Part shown: positions 8,235 through 17,326 of the stretch, piece by piece
How the letters are laid out: every line of letters starts with the position of its first letter
How positions within the stretch are numbered: the first letter of the stretch is position 1
Origin: a virus
Length of the DNA stretch: 40,823 nt
IMG/VR virus record: IMGVR_UViG_3300045988_137387
Direction: 5' to 3' (one strand)
Program-made: the position numbers and the translations under genes
The notes under the pieces: model-generated
The model's database searches: none
What the model saw: only the letters and a program-made list of their open reading frames with translations
What the model was told of the DNA's origin: nothing

Positions 8235-8627
8235 TCAGATAGTCACCTCCGTTTCGGATTCGATGTCACCATAGATGGTGTGAACGGTAAATGTAGCGGC
8301 GATGGACTTCTTGTGCTTTTCAAAAGAAAAGTCGTCCACTGCCGTGATGCGGTCATCCTGCAGGAGCGCTTCCCGGACGCAGCGTTCGATTTCCGGGATA
8401 CAGAAGTCAGGGTCCTGTCCGATGAGGGAGTGAAGCTCTACGCCGTAGTTCCAGCTGTGGATGAGCCATGCATACCGTTCGGTGTTGAGGATAAGATAGA
8501 TGGCCTGTCGGACGGCTTCTTTGCCGTCTATCATACCGGGACCATTCAGACAAAAGGTCTTCCCGGGACGTGCAGCTATAGTGACAGCACCCCGAAGGTC
8601 GATATTCGTTTTGGGGGTCACAGCCAT
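8235..8627 (-). CDS. Baseplate protein, XkdS-like (DUF2634-like)
   Basis: 130 aa. DGKEAVRQAIYLILNTERYAWLIHSWNYGVELHSLIG matches the family pattern. Confidence 0.6.
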   Translation of the reverse strand: MAVTPKTNIDLRGAVTIAARPGKTFCLNGPGMIDGKEAVRQAIYLILNTERYAWLIHSWNYGVELHSLIGQDPDFCIPEIERCVREALLQDDRITAVDDFSFEKHKKSIAATFTVHTIYGDIESETEVTI

Positions 8628-9052
8628 TCTCCTTTCAGCTCGGGGATGGGACTGATGCGGTCGAGAACAACGTACCGCTTGCCTTTCTGGATACGGGCCA
8701 GAACCACGACATCACCTTCCAGCAGGGCATTGTGGATCTTGACCTTTTTGGTGCCGACATACTTGTGCCGGTGTGAGGTGGGCAGAGCGGTCGCACCGTC
8801 CGAGGTGCTGTGCTGGTGCTCTTTTTCAAATTCCGTCCAGTGACTTACATCGATGTCCATCTCGTAGTCGGTCACATTCCGGGTCAGTACCAGCATCGGT
8901 TCCAGCAGGGTCGCTTTCTGGTCGAGCTGTATCTTGAGCGGAGAGGCTGAGACGACCGTACCAAAGAGCAGCTGCACAGGCTTGTCTGCGGCGATAGCCT
9001 CCGCCGCTGCCCGCTTGATGGTATCAATAGGGTCAGCCACTGATAAATTCAC
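8618..9052 (-). CDS. Baseplate spike-associated protein, XkdR-like (DUF2577-like)
   Basis: 144 aa. KPVQLLFGTVVSASPLKIQLDQK...LTRNVTDYE...VVLARIQKGKRYVVLDRI matches the family pattern. Confidence 0.6.
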   Translation of the reverse strand: MNLSVADPIDTIKRAAAEAIAADKPVQLLFGTVVSASPLKIQLDQKATLLEPMLVLTRNVTDYEMDIDVSHWTEFEKEHQHSTSDGATALPTSHRHKYVGTKKVKIHNALLEGDVVVLARIQKGKRYVVLDRISPIPELKGEWL

Positions 9053-9995
9053 CTCCGATAAGTGTCAGGTCCATGGAATGCCGCTCACCCTGAAAGCTGT
9101 GTGTGACCTTGTGGACCACCATGTAGTTACACAAAGTCATGTCCGGCAGGGTGAGTGAAACGATGATAGAGCAGCCTGCCCGGACTCGTGGGTCGCCAAA
9201 GACACCTTTGAGTCCCAGAGAGCGGGTGCGGTTGTTATAAAGCTTGAGCAGGGCATTGGCCTTGGCCTGCACACCGGTGGTGGTCTTGATCTGCTCACAG
9301 TATTGCAGCACGCCCCATTTGCTGATATTGCTGCTGTCCTGAGCAACATACAGCTCCCGCTTGCCGGTCTTGTCGTTCTCGTAGAAAAGCTTGACCTTGT
9401 CGTAGGTCTGGCTGTCGATGCTGGTCTGGTAGGTGTAGCTCTCGCCGGTCTCGGCATCCACCACGAGATCAAGCTTCAGCTGGTTGATGTTTCGGAGGCA
9501 GAGCCTGCCCACATCATCGTAAAGCACGTAGAGCTTGCCGGTGTTGGTCAGCGTTTCATCCAGCGCATTCTGTATCATGTCGAAGAGGGTCTGGTTCTGC
9601 TCATCGATAATGTCGATAACATGGCCGGTATCTTCGATGGTGCCGGTCTGCAGGCGGAAATCTTCGGCCAGCCGTTTGAGCAGTTCCGAGGCTTTCAGGC
9701 CGGTGCCAATAAAGGTGTCCTTGTTCTTGAGATAGCGCAGCTGGTCATAGGCTGTCACGCTGATAAGGCCGTCGCTGACAGACTTTTTGGCGAAGACATA
9801 GCCATAGAACATATCGATGCCATCCACAGACAAATGGACGCGGTCGCCCTCTTCGAAATCGAGGGTTTCGTCTGCGAGGACTGTGAACTTGAGAGTGCCG
9901 GGCGCGCCCTTCCGCTCCAAAGCAAGCGAAACACCTTCCTGCACGACTGGGTACAGGGGCATCCCTTCATGCTCTAAAAACAAAGAATATGACAT
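9033..9995 (-). CDS. Baseplate hub/late control D-like protein (XkdQ-like)
   Basis: 320 aa, located between the LysM protein and the XkdR-like gene, as in PBSX-like tail modules. Confidence 0.6.
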   Translation of the reverse strand: MSYSLFLEHEGMPLYPVVQEGVSLALERKGAPGTLKFTVLADETLDFEEGDRVHLSVDGIDMFYGYVFAKKSVSDGLISVTAYDQLRYLKNKDTFIGTGLKASELLKRLAEDFRLQTGTIEDTGHVIDIIDEQNQTLFDMIQNALDETLTNTGKLYVLYDDVGRLCLRNINQLKLDLVVDAETGESYTYQTSIDSQTYDKVKLFYENDKTGKRELYVAQDSSNISKWGVLQYCEQIKTTTGVQAKANALLKLYNNRTRSLGLKGVFGDPRVRAGCSIIVSLTLPDMTLCNYMVVHKVTHSFQGERHSMDLTLIGGEFISG

Positions 9996-9999
9996 ACCG

Positions 10000-10653
10000 T
10001 CACTCCCTCAAATCAAGCAGTGTTCCAGCTTCGGGTGTGTTGGTGTTCAGCCCGCTGCGCTTGGCAATGGCCTGCCAGCTGTCTCCGCTGCCGGTCAGCT
10101 GCTTGGCGATATTCCAGACGGTGTCGCCCGCCTTGGTGATGTAAGTGGCCGGAGAGGGGGCGGACGGTGCAGGCCGTGTCGAGGTGACGGACGCGGTCAG
10201 AGTTCCGTCCTCAGCCTGCGTGATGTCAGCCCGTTTCGTGCCGTAGCTTTTCCACTGTTTCAACTCGATCTGGACCGTAGTGTCCAGACCCTCCGAAGCA
10301 TCATCAACGATTTGATAGTCCTCCAGAGCGACGGTCATGTTGGTGTAGTGCAGCATCCCGCCGCCTGGCTTCGTGCGGACGAGTATCCACTGGAAGCCGG
10401 TGTCCCGCTGGGAGAGCCGCTGGAAATAGGCGAGGTAGTAGCTGGGCGGCAGAACGACGGAGGAAGAGAACGGATAAGCCCTGTGGGGAAGCAGCAGCTC
10501 AAACGAAACATCCGACAGGCCCGGCGTCTTGAGCAGGTTGATCTCTTCGCCGTTCAGCAGGTTCATGGTCTTGTTCTGACCATTGACCTTGACCGTCACC
10601 TTGCCCGGGCAGACGGGCATCAGCAGGCCGTTGAGGAACATCTTATAAGCCAT
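10000..10653 (-). CDS. LysM-domain tail protein (XkdP-like)
   Basis: C-terminal LysM signature YITKAGDTVWNIAKQL...WQAIAKRSGL. It lies directly downstream of the tape measure gene. Confidence 0.7.
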   Translation of the reverse strand: MAYKMFLNGLLMPVCPGKVTVKVNGQNKTMNLLNGEEINLLKTPGLSDVSFELLLPHRAYPFSSSVVLPPSYYLAYFQRLSQRDTGFQWILVRTKPGGGMLHYTNMTVALEDYQIVDDASEGLDTTVQIELKQWKSYGTKRADITQAEDGTLTASVTSTRPAPSAPSPATYITKAGDTVWNIAKQLTGSGDSWQAIAKRSGLNTNTPEAGTLLDLRE

Positions 10654-12917
10654 TATCCATGCACCCCCTCATAGCTGACATCCAGCTTTTCGGCGAACCA
10701 GTCCGCCCAGTAGTCCATGATACCGTCCACATCTACATCCTTCGAGATGCTGTTGTGGTTGGTCTGTTCGATGCGGACTTCGGCAGTGGTGAAGCGGTTG
10801 ATGGCCTCCCGCTCGGCGATGTCGCGCAGATATTTCAGCTCTTCGCTGGTAATATCCAGTTTTTTCGAACTTGCGGCCGTGTTGGCTGCGGTGAAGCCGG
10901 AGTTCTGCTCGATGCGCTCGAGGGTATTGCCGAAGTCGAATGCGCCCATCGAGTCCATCGAGAAGCCGTCAAAAAGGCCGCTGACCTTGCTGTCCACGCC
11001 TTGGCCGAAGGAATAACCTGCGTCCCATGCGTCAGAATACTGGATGCGCTGGATACCGCTGTAATCGCCCCGGTCGAGGGTGATGGCTGTGTCGTTCTTG
11101 CCCCACTGGGTCACAGAGCTTTTCAGATCCTCGAGACCTGCCGTCCAGCTGGTGCCAAAGATAGCATCAATAATGGTGGTTACGACCTGGCCGAGAGACA
11201 AGAACCAGCTGATGATCTGGCCGATGAGGTTGGCCACCGCGCCACCGAAAGAATCGAAGCCGCCGTTTGCAGCATTCAGGACCCATTCGATGATGCCGAG
11301 GAAAAAGTTCACGAATGTGCCGATGATAGCGAGAAAGCTGTTGTAAACCCCGATGCCGGTGTTCAGGATGAGCGATGCAGCCACGGCAAAAATGCCGCAG
11401 ATAATGCCCGTCGCAGAAATCGCAGAACCGGTCATGTTGTTGATGGCAGCCACTATCAGATAGATGGCGGCAACTACAGCGATAATGCCAACGATTACCC
11501 ACGTCAGCGGGCAGGACAGCAGGGCGGCATTGAAGCCGTACTGTGCAGCAGTTGCGCTGGCGGTAGACATGGCAGCGGCCTGCTCGGAGGCCGAAAGTGC
11601 AGCGTTTGCCGCTGCTGCCTTGTATGCCTGGACGGCGGCGATGCCTTTCTGGATGTTGCTGATGGCCGTGAGGGCATTATTGGTCAGCAGGTAGCCGTTG
11701 TAGAGCAGCATCGCAGCGGCAATGCCAAAGATGAGAGGTTGGATGATGCCCCAGTTGTCGATGAAGGCCGAAGTGATGGAGAGAAGAACATCCAGCGTCA
11801 CAGTGCCGGCTTTCGCTGCCGCCGCAAGCCCGTCCAGCAGGCCGTTCGTGACGGCAGAAAACTTGTCGGTGTTGGCGATGTCGTTTATCCTCTGCAGGAT
11901 GGGGCTGAAGATTGAGAGGGCTTTGTTCTGCATCGAGGTCCATATCTGGCCCCACGTCATGGGCATGGACTCGAAGGCCGCGTTGGTCTCATCTGCCGCA
12001 CCCAACAGCGCGTCTTTCACGACTTCTGCCGTGACGGCACCTTTTTCTGCATAGGACTTGATGGAGCCTTCTGCGATGCCCATGTACTGCTCGATGATGC
12101 GGGCGATGCCGGGGGCGTTCTCGAGGACGGAGTTCAGCTCTTCGCCGCGAAGGACGCCCATGCCCATGGCCTGCTTGAGCTGGAGCATGGCAGCAGCCTG
12201 GCCCTGTGCGTCTGCGCCGCCGATGACGAACTGCTTGTTGACCTGCTCGATGAAGGAGATGAGCTCGTCATTGCTGCTGAACGCGGCCTTGGCATTGGCA
12301 CCCATACTGGCAACAGCGGAGGCTGTGTCAAAGTAGGCGGCGCGGGAACGCTGGGCCGATGCCATGATCTTGCGCTCCAGCTCTTCGACGGACCCGCCGT
12401 CATCAACCGTTATACCTACGCGGGCGTCTGTATTTGCCAGCTTGTCTGTAAGCTGGCTGTCGTCCACATCAAGCCCTACGTGTACGCTGGCATCGGCCAG
12501 CTGAGGCACTGGTTCCTGCTGGTCCACGATAAGATTCAGGCGCGCTTTGGTGCTTGCCAGTTCGTCCGAGAAGCCGACTACCTTTTTGATGGCAGCCAGA
12601 CCGCCCACAGTGGCGACGAGGCTCTTGAATCTGCCCAGCAGAGTATCCGCCGCCGAAGAACCGCCCCGGATGGAGCTGTTCAGCTCGTTCTGGGCGTCGT
12701 CTGCATTCCGTATCTGCTCTTCGGTGCGGGTAAAGTCAGACATGACTCCGGAAAGCTCTGCCCGGGCCTGCCGGATGCTGGAAACATCAATGGCTCCGCT
12801 GGAAGCGGTATTCAGTGCTTCGAAGCTGTCCATCACGACGTTCATCGCCCGGTGCATGGTGCGCAGCGGGCCGGAGACGCCGTCATAAAGGGAAATCGCT
12901 GTCCGAATGGTCGCCAA
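10653..12917 (-). CDS. Tail tape measure protein
   Basis: 754 aa with a TTG start behind AAAGGAGG. It has long helical regions and hydrophobic Gly/Ala/Ile-rich segments, and it follows the chaperone gene. Confidence 0.85.
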   Translation of the reverse strand: MATIRTAISLYDGVSGPLRTMHRAMNVVMDSFEALNTASSGAIDVSSIRQARAELSGVMSDFTRTEEQIRNADDAQNELNSSIRGGSSAADTLLGRFKSLVATVGGLAAIKKVVGFSDELASTKARLNLIVDQQEPVPQLADASVHVGLDVDDSQLTDKLANTDARVGITVDDGGSVEELERKIMASAQRSRAAYFDTASAVASMGANAKAAFSSNDELISFIEQVNKQFVIGGADAQGQAAAMLQLKQAMGMGVLRGEELNSVLENAPGIARIIEQYMGIAEGSIKSYAEKGAVTAEVVKDALLGAADETNAAFESMPMTWGQIWTSMQNKALSIFSPILQRINDIANTDKFSAVTNGLLDGLAAAAKAGTVTLDVLLSITSAFIDNWGIIQPLIFGIAAAMLLYNGYLLTNNALTAISNIQKGIAAVQAYKAAAANAALSASEQAAAMSTASATAAQYGFNAALLSCPLTWVIVGIIAVVAAIYLIVAAINNMTGSAISATGIICGIFAVAASLILNTGIGVYNSFLAIIGTFVNFFLGIIEWVLNAANGGFDSFGGAVANLIGQIISWFLSLGQVVTTIIDAIFGTSWTAGLEDLKSSVTQWGKNDTAITLDRGDYSGIQRIQYSDAWDAGYSFGQGVDSKVSGLFDGFSMDSMGAFDFGNTLERIEQNSGFTAANTAASSKKLDITSEELKYLRDIAEREAINRFTTAEVRIEQTNHNSISKDVDVDGIMDYWADWFAEKLDVSYEGVHG

Positions 12918-12923
12918 ACGGCG

Positions 12924-13555
12924 TCACCTCCTTTTGCTCTTTCGTTCGGCTTCTTTCTGCCGTTTCTTTTCTTCCTCTCCGCGTACTTCGCAGGAGGCGA
13001 TGATAAAGGCTCTCTCTTTCCGGGACAGGGAGAGAAAGGCGGAGGGGATGAGGTGCAGTTCCTGCAGGCAATAGTGGGCGATATTCGCCTCCTCATCGCC
13101 CTCGGTTATCAGTTTTTTGCGTCGTCCACCTCATCCTGCAGGGGAACATCGAAGCCGCAGACCTCCTGCACCTTCTGCAGGTATTCGGCATACTCGCCGG
13201 AGGTGAGCATGGTCTTGAGCAGGTTTTCTGCGCCCATGACCTTGTAGCTGTCCTGCAGAGCTTTATCGTTCAGATTGGGGTACACGGTGCAGGCAACAGC
13301 CAGCTTACCCAGATACAGGTTGTAATCCGTCTCCTGCTGGTACTGGTTGCGCCGGCCGGGGACCGGCACACGTTTGACACAGCTTTTACGCAGAGATTCA
13401 TCTTCTGCGCCGGTGATGGCTTTGAGCTTCCACTGCAGGGGCTTGCGATTGCCCTTTTTGTCCGTTTCATCAGACAGGAAGCGTTTGGAGACCACAAAAG
13501 CGGCCTCCTCTTCGGGAGGAATGGCGTTTTCGGCCAGAAATGCACTCAAATCCAT
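12924..13555 (-). CDS. Tail assembly chaperone, -1 frameshift fusion product (slip at 13112-13118)
   Basis: The slippery heptamer A_AAA_AAC sits directly before the TGA stop. The -1 frame stays open for 62 further codons (LITEGDEEANIAHYCLQELHLIPSAFLSLSRKERAFIIASCEVRGEEEKKRQKEAERKSKRR) and contains no ATG. It ends at 12924-12926. Confidence 0.7.
13109..13555 (-). CDS. Tail assembly chaperone (XkdN-like), zero-frame product
   Basis: 148 aa with an acidic C-terminus, located between the tube and tape measure genes. Confidence 0.75.
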   Translation of the reverse strand: MDLSAFLAENAIPPEEEAAFVVSKRFLSDETDKKGNRKPLQWKLKAITGAEDESLRKSCVKRVPVPGRRNQYQQETDYNLYLGKLAVACTVYPNLNDKALQDSYKVMGAENLLKTMLTSGEYAEYLQKVQEVCGFDVPLQDEVDDAKN

Positions 13556-13581
13556 ATCAAAAATCCTTTCTTGTTAAAAAA

Positions 13582-14052
13582 TCACTGCATCCCGTCCAGC
13601 AGGGTGAAGTTTTCGGGGATCTCGAAGTCCTCGAAGGTGAAATCCATATCCTCGTCGATGTATTCGGCATCGGCGTCGAATTTGGCCAGGATGCCGCCGT
13701 TCATATTGCAGTCTTTCAGGATGACCGTCTGACGACCCACCGAAGAGGTAGGGTCTTCGTTGGTACACTGGATGTCGAAATAGATGTCCTCGCCGGTGTC
13801 CTTGTAGCGCTTGAGCAGACGGCGGAAGATGGGCATATTGTAGTGAAAAGTGGCAGAGCCGGTGCCTTTCCAGCCGGTGGCTTTGTTGCCCTTGCCGGTC
13901 TTGCCCAGAATGGGGACCTCGGATTTGGTCTTTTCCACCTTGGCCTCCAGCTTGATGGCCTGCATGAGGTTGTAGCGGTTGCCCTCAATGGTGACGTAGC
14001 ACTCGGCCAGAGAGGCCGAGACGGCGTCCTTGGCGTTCATGATGTTTGCCAT
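13582..14052 (-). CDS. Tail tube protein (XkdM-like)
   Basis: 156 aa. ECYVTIEGNRYNLMQAIKLEAKVEKTK...GWKGTGSATFHYN matches the XkdM-type tube pattern. It follows the sheath gene. Confidence 0.8.
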   Translation of the reverse strand: MANIMNAKDAVSASLAECYVTIEGNRYNLMQAIKLEAKVEKTKSEVPILGKTGKGNKATGWKGTGSATFHYNMPIFRRLLKRYKDTGEDIYFDIQCTNEDPTSSVGRQTVILKDCNMNGGILAKFDADAEYIDEDMDFTFEDFEIPENFTLLDGMQ

Positions 14053-14070
14053 AAAATGTCCCTCCTTTCT

Positions 14071-15390
14071 TTAGTTGACGTAGACCGTCATGTACAGCTG
14101 CTCCATCGCGTTCACAGGCTTGACGTGGTCGGAGACGACAACGGACTTTTTGCTCTCGCCCTTCTCCACGGTGATGCCTTCGGGGTCGAAATCCTCCAGC
14201 GCGCGGATGGCCTGTAGCTTCTGGTGGTGGGACACGATGTCGTTCCACAGAGAAATACGGCCTGCGCCGTCGTTGGGGACCTTGCCGAGGTACTTCGTGC
14301 CGAACAGCACCGCGATGTCGTTGGCGATCTGGTCGAGCACCCGGATGGTCTGATTGGAGGAAAAGTCTGCACCCTTTTCATCGGTGATGGACACGAAGGT
14401 GTTGATGTCGGAGAGCACCCGTGTCTCACCGTCCACGTCGTGGAGCATGAAGGAGCCCTCCTGGATGCCGGCTTCCAGCTGAGTCTGGGTATAGCGGGTG
14501 TCCGGGGTATACTCGCCGTCGTAGACCATGTTGGTGGCGCTCTTGTTGACCGCAGTGCCGGCGGCCACGCCCACGACCCACGGGATGAGAGCCGCAGGGT
14601 CTGCGCCTTCGTCAGTGACGGTGTTTTTCAGGGAAATGACGCCTTCGTCATCGGCCAGATAGCGGAAGCCGATGCACTGGAACTTCTTGCCCACATCGTT
14701 GCGCATACGCTCGGTGAAGGCTGCGAAGAGCTTCTTGATAGTATCGTTGGCCGAGGTGCAGCCCAGGGCATTGAAGGTGCGGCTCTCGACGGCATCGAGG
14801 AAGGTCTGGTAGTTGCCATCTTCGACTGTGCCATTGGTGCCGCCGGTCAGCGGCGTGGATGCTGTCAGAGCCAGCACAGCATCATCCTTCCAGACGATGA
14901 AATCATTGTCCGCCAGTTCTGCGGCGGTGGAGATGCCCTCCTGCGTCTCGACCTTCTGGGTGTCGAGGAAAGTCTCCACGTCGTACAGCGGGGTCTGCTC
15001 AGTGCTGCTCTCGCTGGCGGTGATGACTACCCGCAGGGCATTGCCCCGGATGCCGGGATATTTTGCGCTGCCGAAGGCGCAGGACGCCTTGATGCCGCCC
15101 GAGTCCAGACGGAAGAAATGCACGGTCTTTGCGTGACAGAACACCTCCCGCATGGGCTGCAGTGCTGCGGCGGTGTAGGAGTAGCCGAAGAGCTTCTGAC
15201 TGTTCTTGAGGAAATCGCCCTGCTCTACCGTGAAGATCTCGCCCTGCGGACCCCAGTTCATTTCGAGAGGGAGGGCCGCATAGCCGCGGTCGGAGAGGGT
15301 CGCCGAGGCGGCTGCCACGGAGACCGTGTTGATGTACGCGCCCGGCAGGCGCTTGTTCTGCACCAGAAAGGTGCCGCCGCCCAGTGCCAT
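14071..15390 (-). CDS. Tail sheath protein (XkdK-like)
   Basis: 439 aa. The N-terminus MALGGGTFLVQNKRLPGAYIN is typical of phage sheath proteins. Confidence 0.85.
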   Translation of the reverse strand: MALGGGTFLVQNKRLPGAYINTVSVAAASATLSDRGYAALPLEMNWGPQGEIFTVEQGDFLKNSQKLFGYSYTAAALQPMREVFCHAKTVHFFRLDSGGIKASCAFGSAKYPGIRGNALRVVITASESSTEQTPLYDVETFLDTQKVETQEGISTAAELADNDFIVWKDDAVLALTASTPLTGGTNGTVEDGNYQTFLDAVESRTFNALGCTSANDTIKKLFAAFTERMRNDVGKKFQCIGFRYLADDEGVISLKNTVTDEGADPAALIPWVVGVAAGTAVNKSATNMVYDGEYTPDTRYTQTQLEAGIQEGSFMLHDVDGETRVLSDINTFVSITDEKGADFSSNQTIRVLDQIANDIAVLFGTKYLGKVPNDGAGRISLWNDIVSHHQKLQAIRALEDFDPEGITVEKGESKKSVVVSDHVKPVNAMEQLYMTVYVN

Positions 15391-15391
15391 A

Positions 15392-15550
15392 TCAGTTCAC
15401 CTTGCCTTTCATAAACTTGCGGATGGCCTCTTCGGCCTGCGCCAGCGTATATTCCTTGCCATCTTCCAGCAGGACGCTGAGCAGGTCCCGACGGCCGGCA
15501 AACCGCTTGAATGTCAGTATCTTTTCTTTCGGAAATTTCGGTTCAATCAT
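15392..15550 (-). CDS. Hypothetical small protein (52 aa; below the ORF-track cutoff)
   Basis: Manual translation: MIEPKFPKEKILTFKRFAGRRDLLSVLLEDGKEYTLAQAEEAIRKFMKGKVN. The ATG at 15550 forms an ATGA overlap with the upstream stop, and the ORF exactly fills the gap before the sheath gene. Confidence 0.5.
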   Translation of the reverse strand: MIEPKFPKEKILTFKRFAGRRDLLSVLLEDGKEYTLAQAEEAIRKFMKGKVN

Positions 15551-15966
15551 TGGTTGACCTCCATGTGCAGCTCGCCCATCTTCTCGGGGAGGTCGATGCG
15601 GCGGAGCGTCATGTTGAAGCTGACGAAAAAGTGCAGCACACCGTCCTGCACCTCCCAGCTCATGGATGTGCCGTGGAGTTTATCGCCGTCGGGCAGCGTG
15701 ATGAACTCCAGCGCCTGCCACAGCTGCCACGCAATGGCCTGCATGACAGCGTTGTCCTTTTCGTCCTCGGGGAAGAAATGGACGTCGAAGGGGCTTTTCA
15801 GCAGAAAACGGTCCTTGCCCAGCGGGGAAGGCGTGGCCTTCATCGGGAGAATGAAAAAGCAGGGTGTTTGAAAGCCCTGCTCAATATCATTCTGGTAGAT
15901 GCGGTATCCAGGGCCGAAAGTGTCCCGCAGGGCTTTGGCGATGCCCTTCACGATGTCATTTTCCAT
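15547..15966 (-). CDS. Putative tail completion protein
   Basis: 139-aa ORF between the gp10-like gene and the sheath region. Function inferred from position only. Confidence 0.4.
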   Translation of the reverse strand: MENDIVKGIAKALRDTFGPGYRIYQNDIEQGFQTPCFFILPMKATPSPLGKDRFLLKSPFDVHFFPEDEKDNAVMQAIAWQLWQALEFITLPDGDKLHGTSMSWEVQDGVLHFFVSFNMTLRRIDLPEKMGELHMEVNQ

Positions 15967-16561
15967 GGAATGCCTCCTTCAGGGCCTCGTCTACGGCTTT
16001 CTGAACCGCTTTCGGGTACTGCTCAGAAATCTCATCCGCAGAAGTGCGCAGCATGAACTTGCCGTTCACCCAGCTGGCTTTCAGCCGCTTGCCCAGTGCA
16101 GGCACATATCGGCCCGGCGTCTGGCGGTGGCCGTACTCCACATAGGAGGCATATTTCTCCGGGTTCTCAGCGGTGATGATGTGGTCATCTCCGACCTTCT
16201 CGTGAGAAACGCGCCATGCCCGCCGGAGGGTGCCGCCGCTGTATCCAGACCAGTAACGGTCAAAGATGGAGCCACTTTTGCTGCGTAAACGATAGGTTTT
16301 TCCTTTATGCTTGCGGAATACCTGTTCGCCCTTCTTGTTGGTGGTCTGGGTGGTGTAGTCACTGCCGTTCATGGTCACGGTCATCGGCTCGTCGAAATGT
16401 GGCGCTTTGCCGACCGGCGTTCGCTTCTTCAGCTTGCTCAGCAGGGCGGCAGCGGCCTCGCCGCTTTTCTCGTCGATGATGGCGTCCAGCTTACCGCCCA
16501 GCAGTTCCTGAAGCTGTGCGTCCACTTGCGCCAACGCGCTGTAATCGCACCCGCCCTTCAT
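15956..16561 (-). CDS. HK97 gp10-family tail component
   Basis: GGTLRRAW...ENPEKYASYVEYGH matches the gp10-family signature. Confidence 0.6.
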   Translation of the reverse strand: MKGGCDYSALAQVDAQLQELLGGKLDAIIDEKSGEAAAALLSKLKKRTPVGKAPHFDEPMTVTMNGSDYTTQTTNKKGEQVFRKHKGKTYRLRSKSGSIFDRYWSGYSGGTLRRAWRVSHEKVGDDHIITAENPEKYASYVEYGHRQTPGRYVPALGKRLKASWVNGKFMLRTSADEISEQYPKAVQKAVDEALKEAFHGK

Positions 16562-16941
16562 GCATACCTCTCTGCCAGCTCGAGCGGGATCTCCTGATGG
16601 GTCGGGTAGACCGGCGCTGGGCCGGACGACTTATAATGGAATGCGCGCGGAATCTCACCAGGCCGCAGGACGTCGATGCGGCTGCCCGGCGGGATGACCA
16701 GCTCCGGGGAGATGAACAGCTTGACGCTCTGGCTGACCGCCGCCACGATGTCGCCGCTGGCGGTGGTCGAAGAAGAGAAGGACAGCCGGCAGGGCTGGTC
16801 TGCGTAGAGCACATTGCTTTCAAAGCGGGTCAGGCAGTCGTCAGACTCTGATTCCTGCTGGACGTAGACGGTGCAGGTGTCGGAATAAAATCGTTCCAAC
16901 GCCGCACGGGCCGCAGAAAAGGTCTTTCCGAGGTTTACCAT
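16558..16941 (-). CDS. Head closure/head-tail adaptor protein
   Basis: 127 aa. Position and size are typical. No strong motif. Confidence 0.45.
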   Translation of the reverse strand: MVNLGKTFSAARAALERFYSDTCTVYVQQESESDDCLTRFESNVLYADQPCRLSFSSSTTASGDIVAAVSQSVKLFISPELVIPPGSRIDVLRPGEIPRAFHYKSSGPAPVYPTHQEIPLELAERYA

Positions 16942-17315
16942 ACCAGCCTCCGGTGCCGATAGATCTCGGCCATGTCGCAGTGGGTCAGCGCGTTGATGAG
17001 GGCATCGAGGCGCTGTTCCGGCGTGGTGCAGCCGTCCGTGGAGAAGGAAACCGTGGTGTCGCCCAGCTTGATGTCCTTCGCCTCGGCAGAGGCTTCAAAG
17101 CCGTCCAGCTGGCCGCAGCACTTCTTCATCCGAAGATACTCGCCGGCGGTCATCCGCTCGGCCAGCGGAATCAGCGCCTGCGGCAGCTCATCGAGGTTGG
17201 TGAGGTCAAGCAGGGTGCTTTCCGTGGAGCGTTTTACCAGCGACAGCCACGGGTCAGTCTCATCAACGGACTCGAACCCGAGAGCGTAGAGCAGCTTGAT
17301 GACGTTTTCCAGCAT
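16935..17315 (-). CDS. Head-tail connector (gp6-like) protein
   Basis: 126 aa, immediately after the major capsid gene. Confidence 0.5.
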   Translation of the reverse strand: MLENVIKLLYALGFESVDETDPWLSLVKRSTESTLLDLTNLDELPQALIPLAERMTAGEYLRMKKCCGQLDGFEASAEAKDIKLGDTTVSFSTDGCTTPEQRLDALINALTHCDMAEIYRHRRLVW

Positions 17316-17326
17316 GGTGTGCCTCC

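Noticed and set aside
12842-13096. ATG-initiated ORFs 12842-13096 and 12883-13071 in the chaperone-tape measure gap
   Set aside because: Both translate to Arg/Pro/Ser-rich sequence and run into the tape measure gene. The third frame is ATG-less and is reached by the A_AAA_AAC slip. It has protein-like composition and ends just before the tape measure start.
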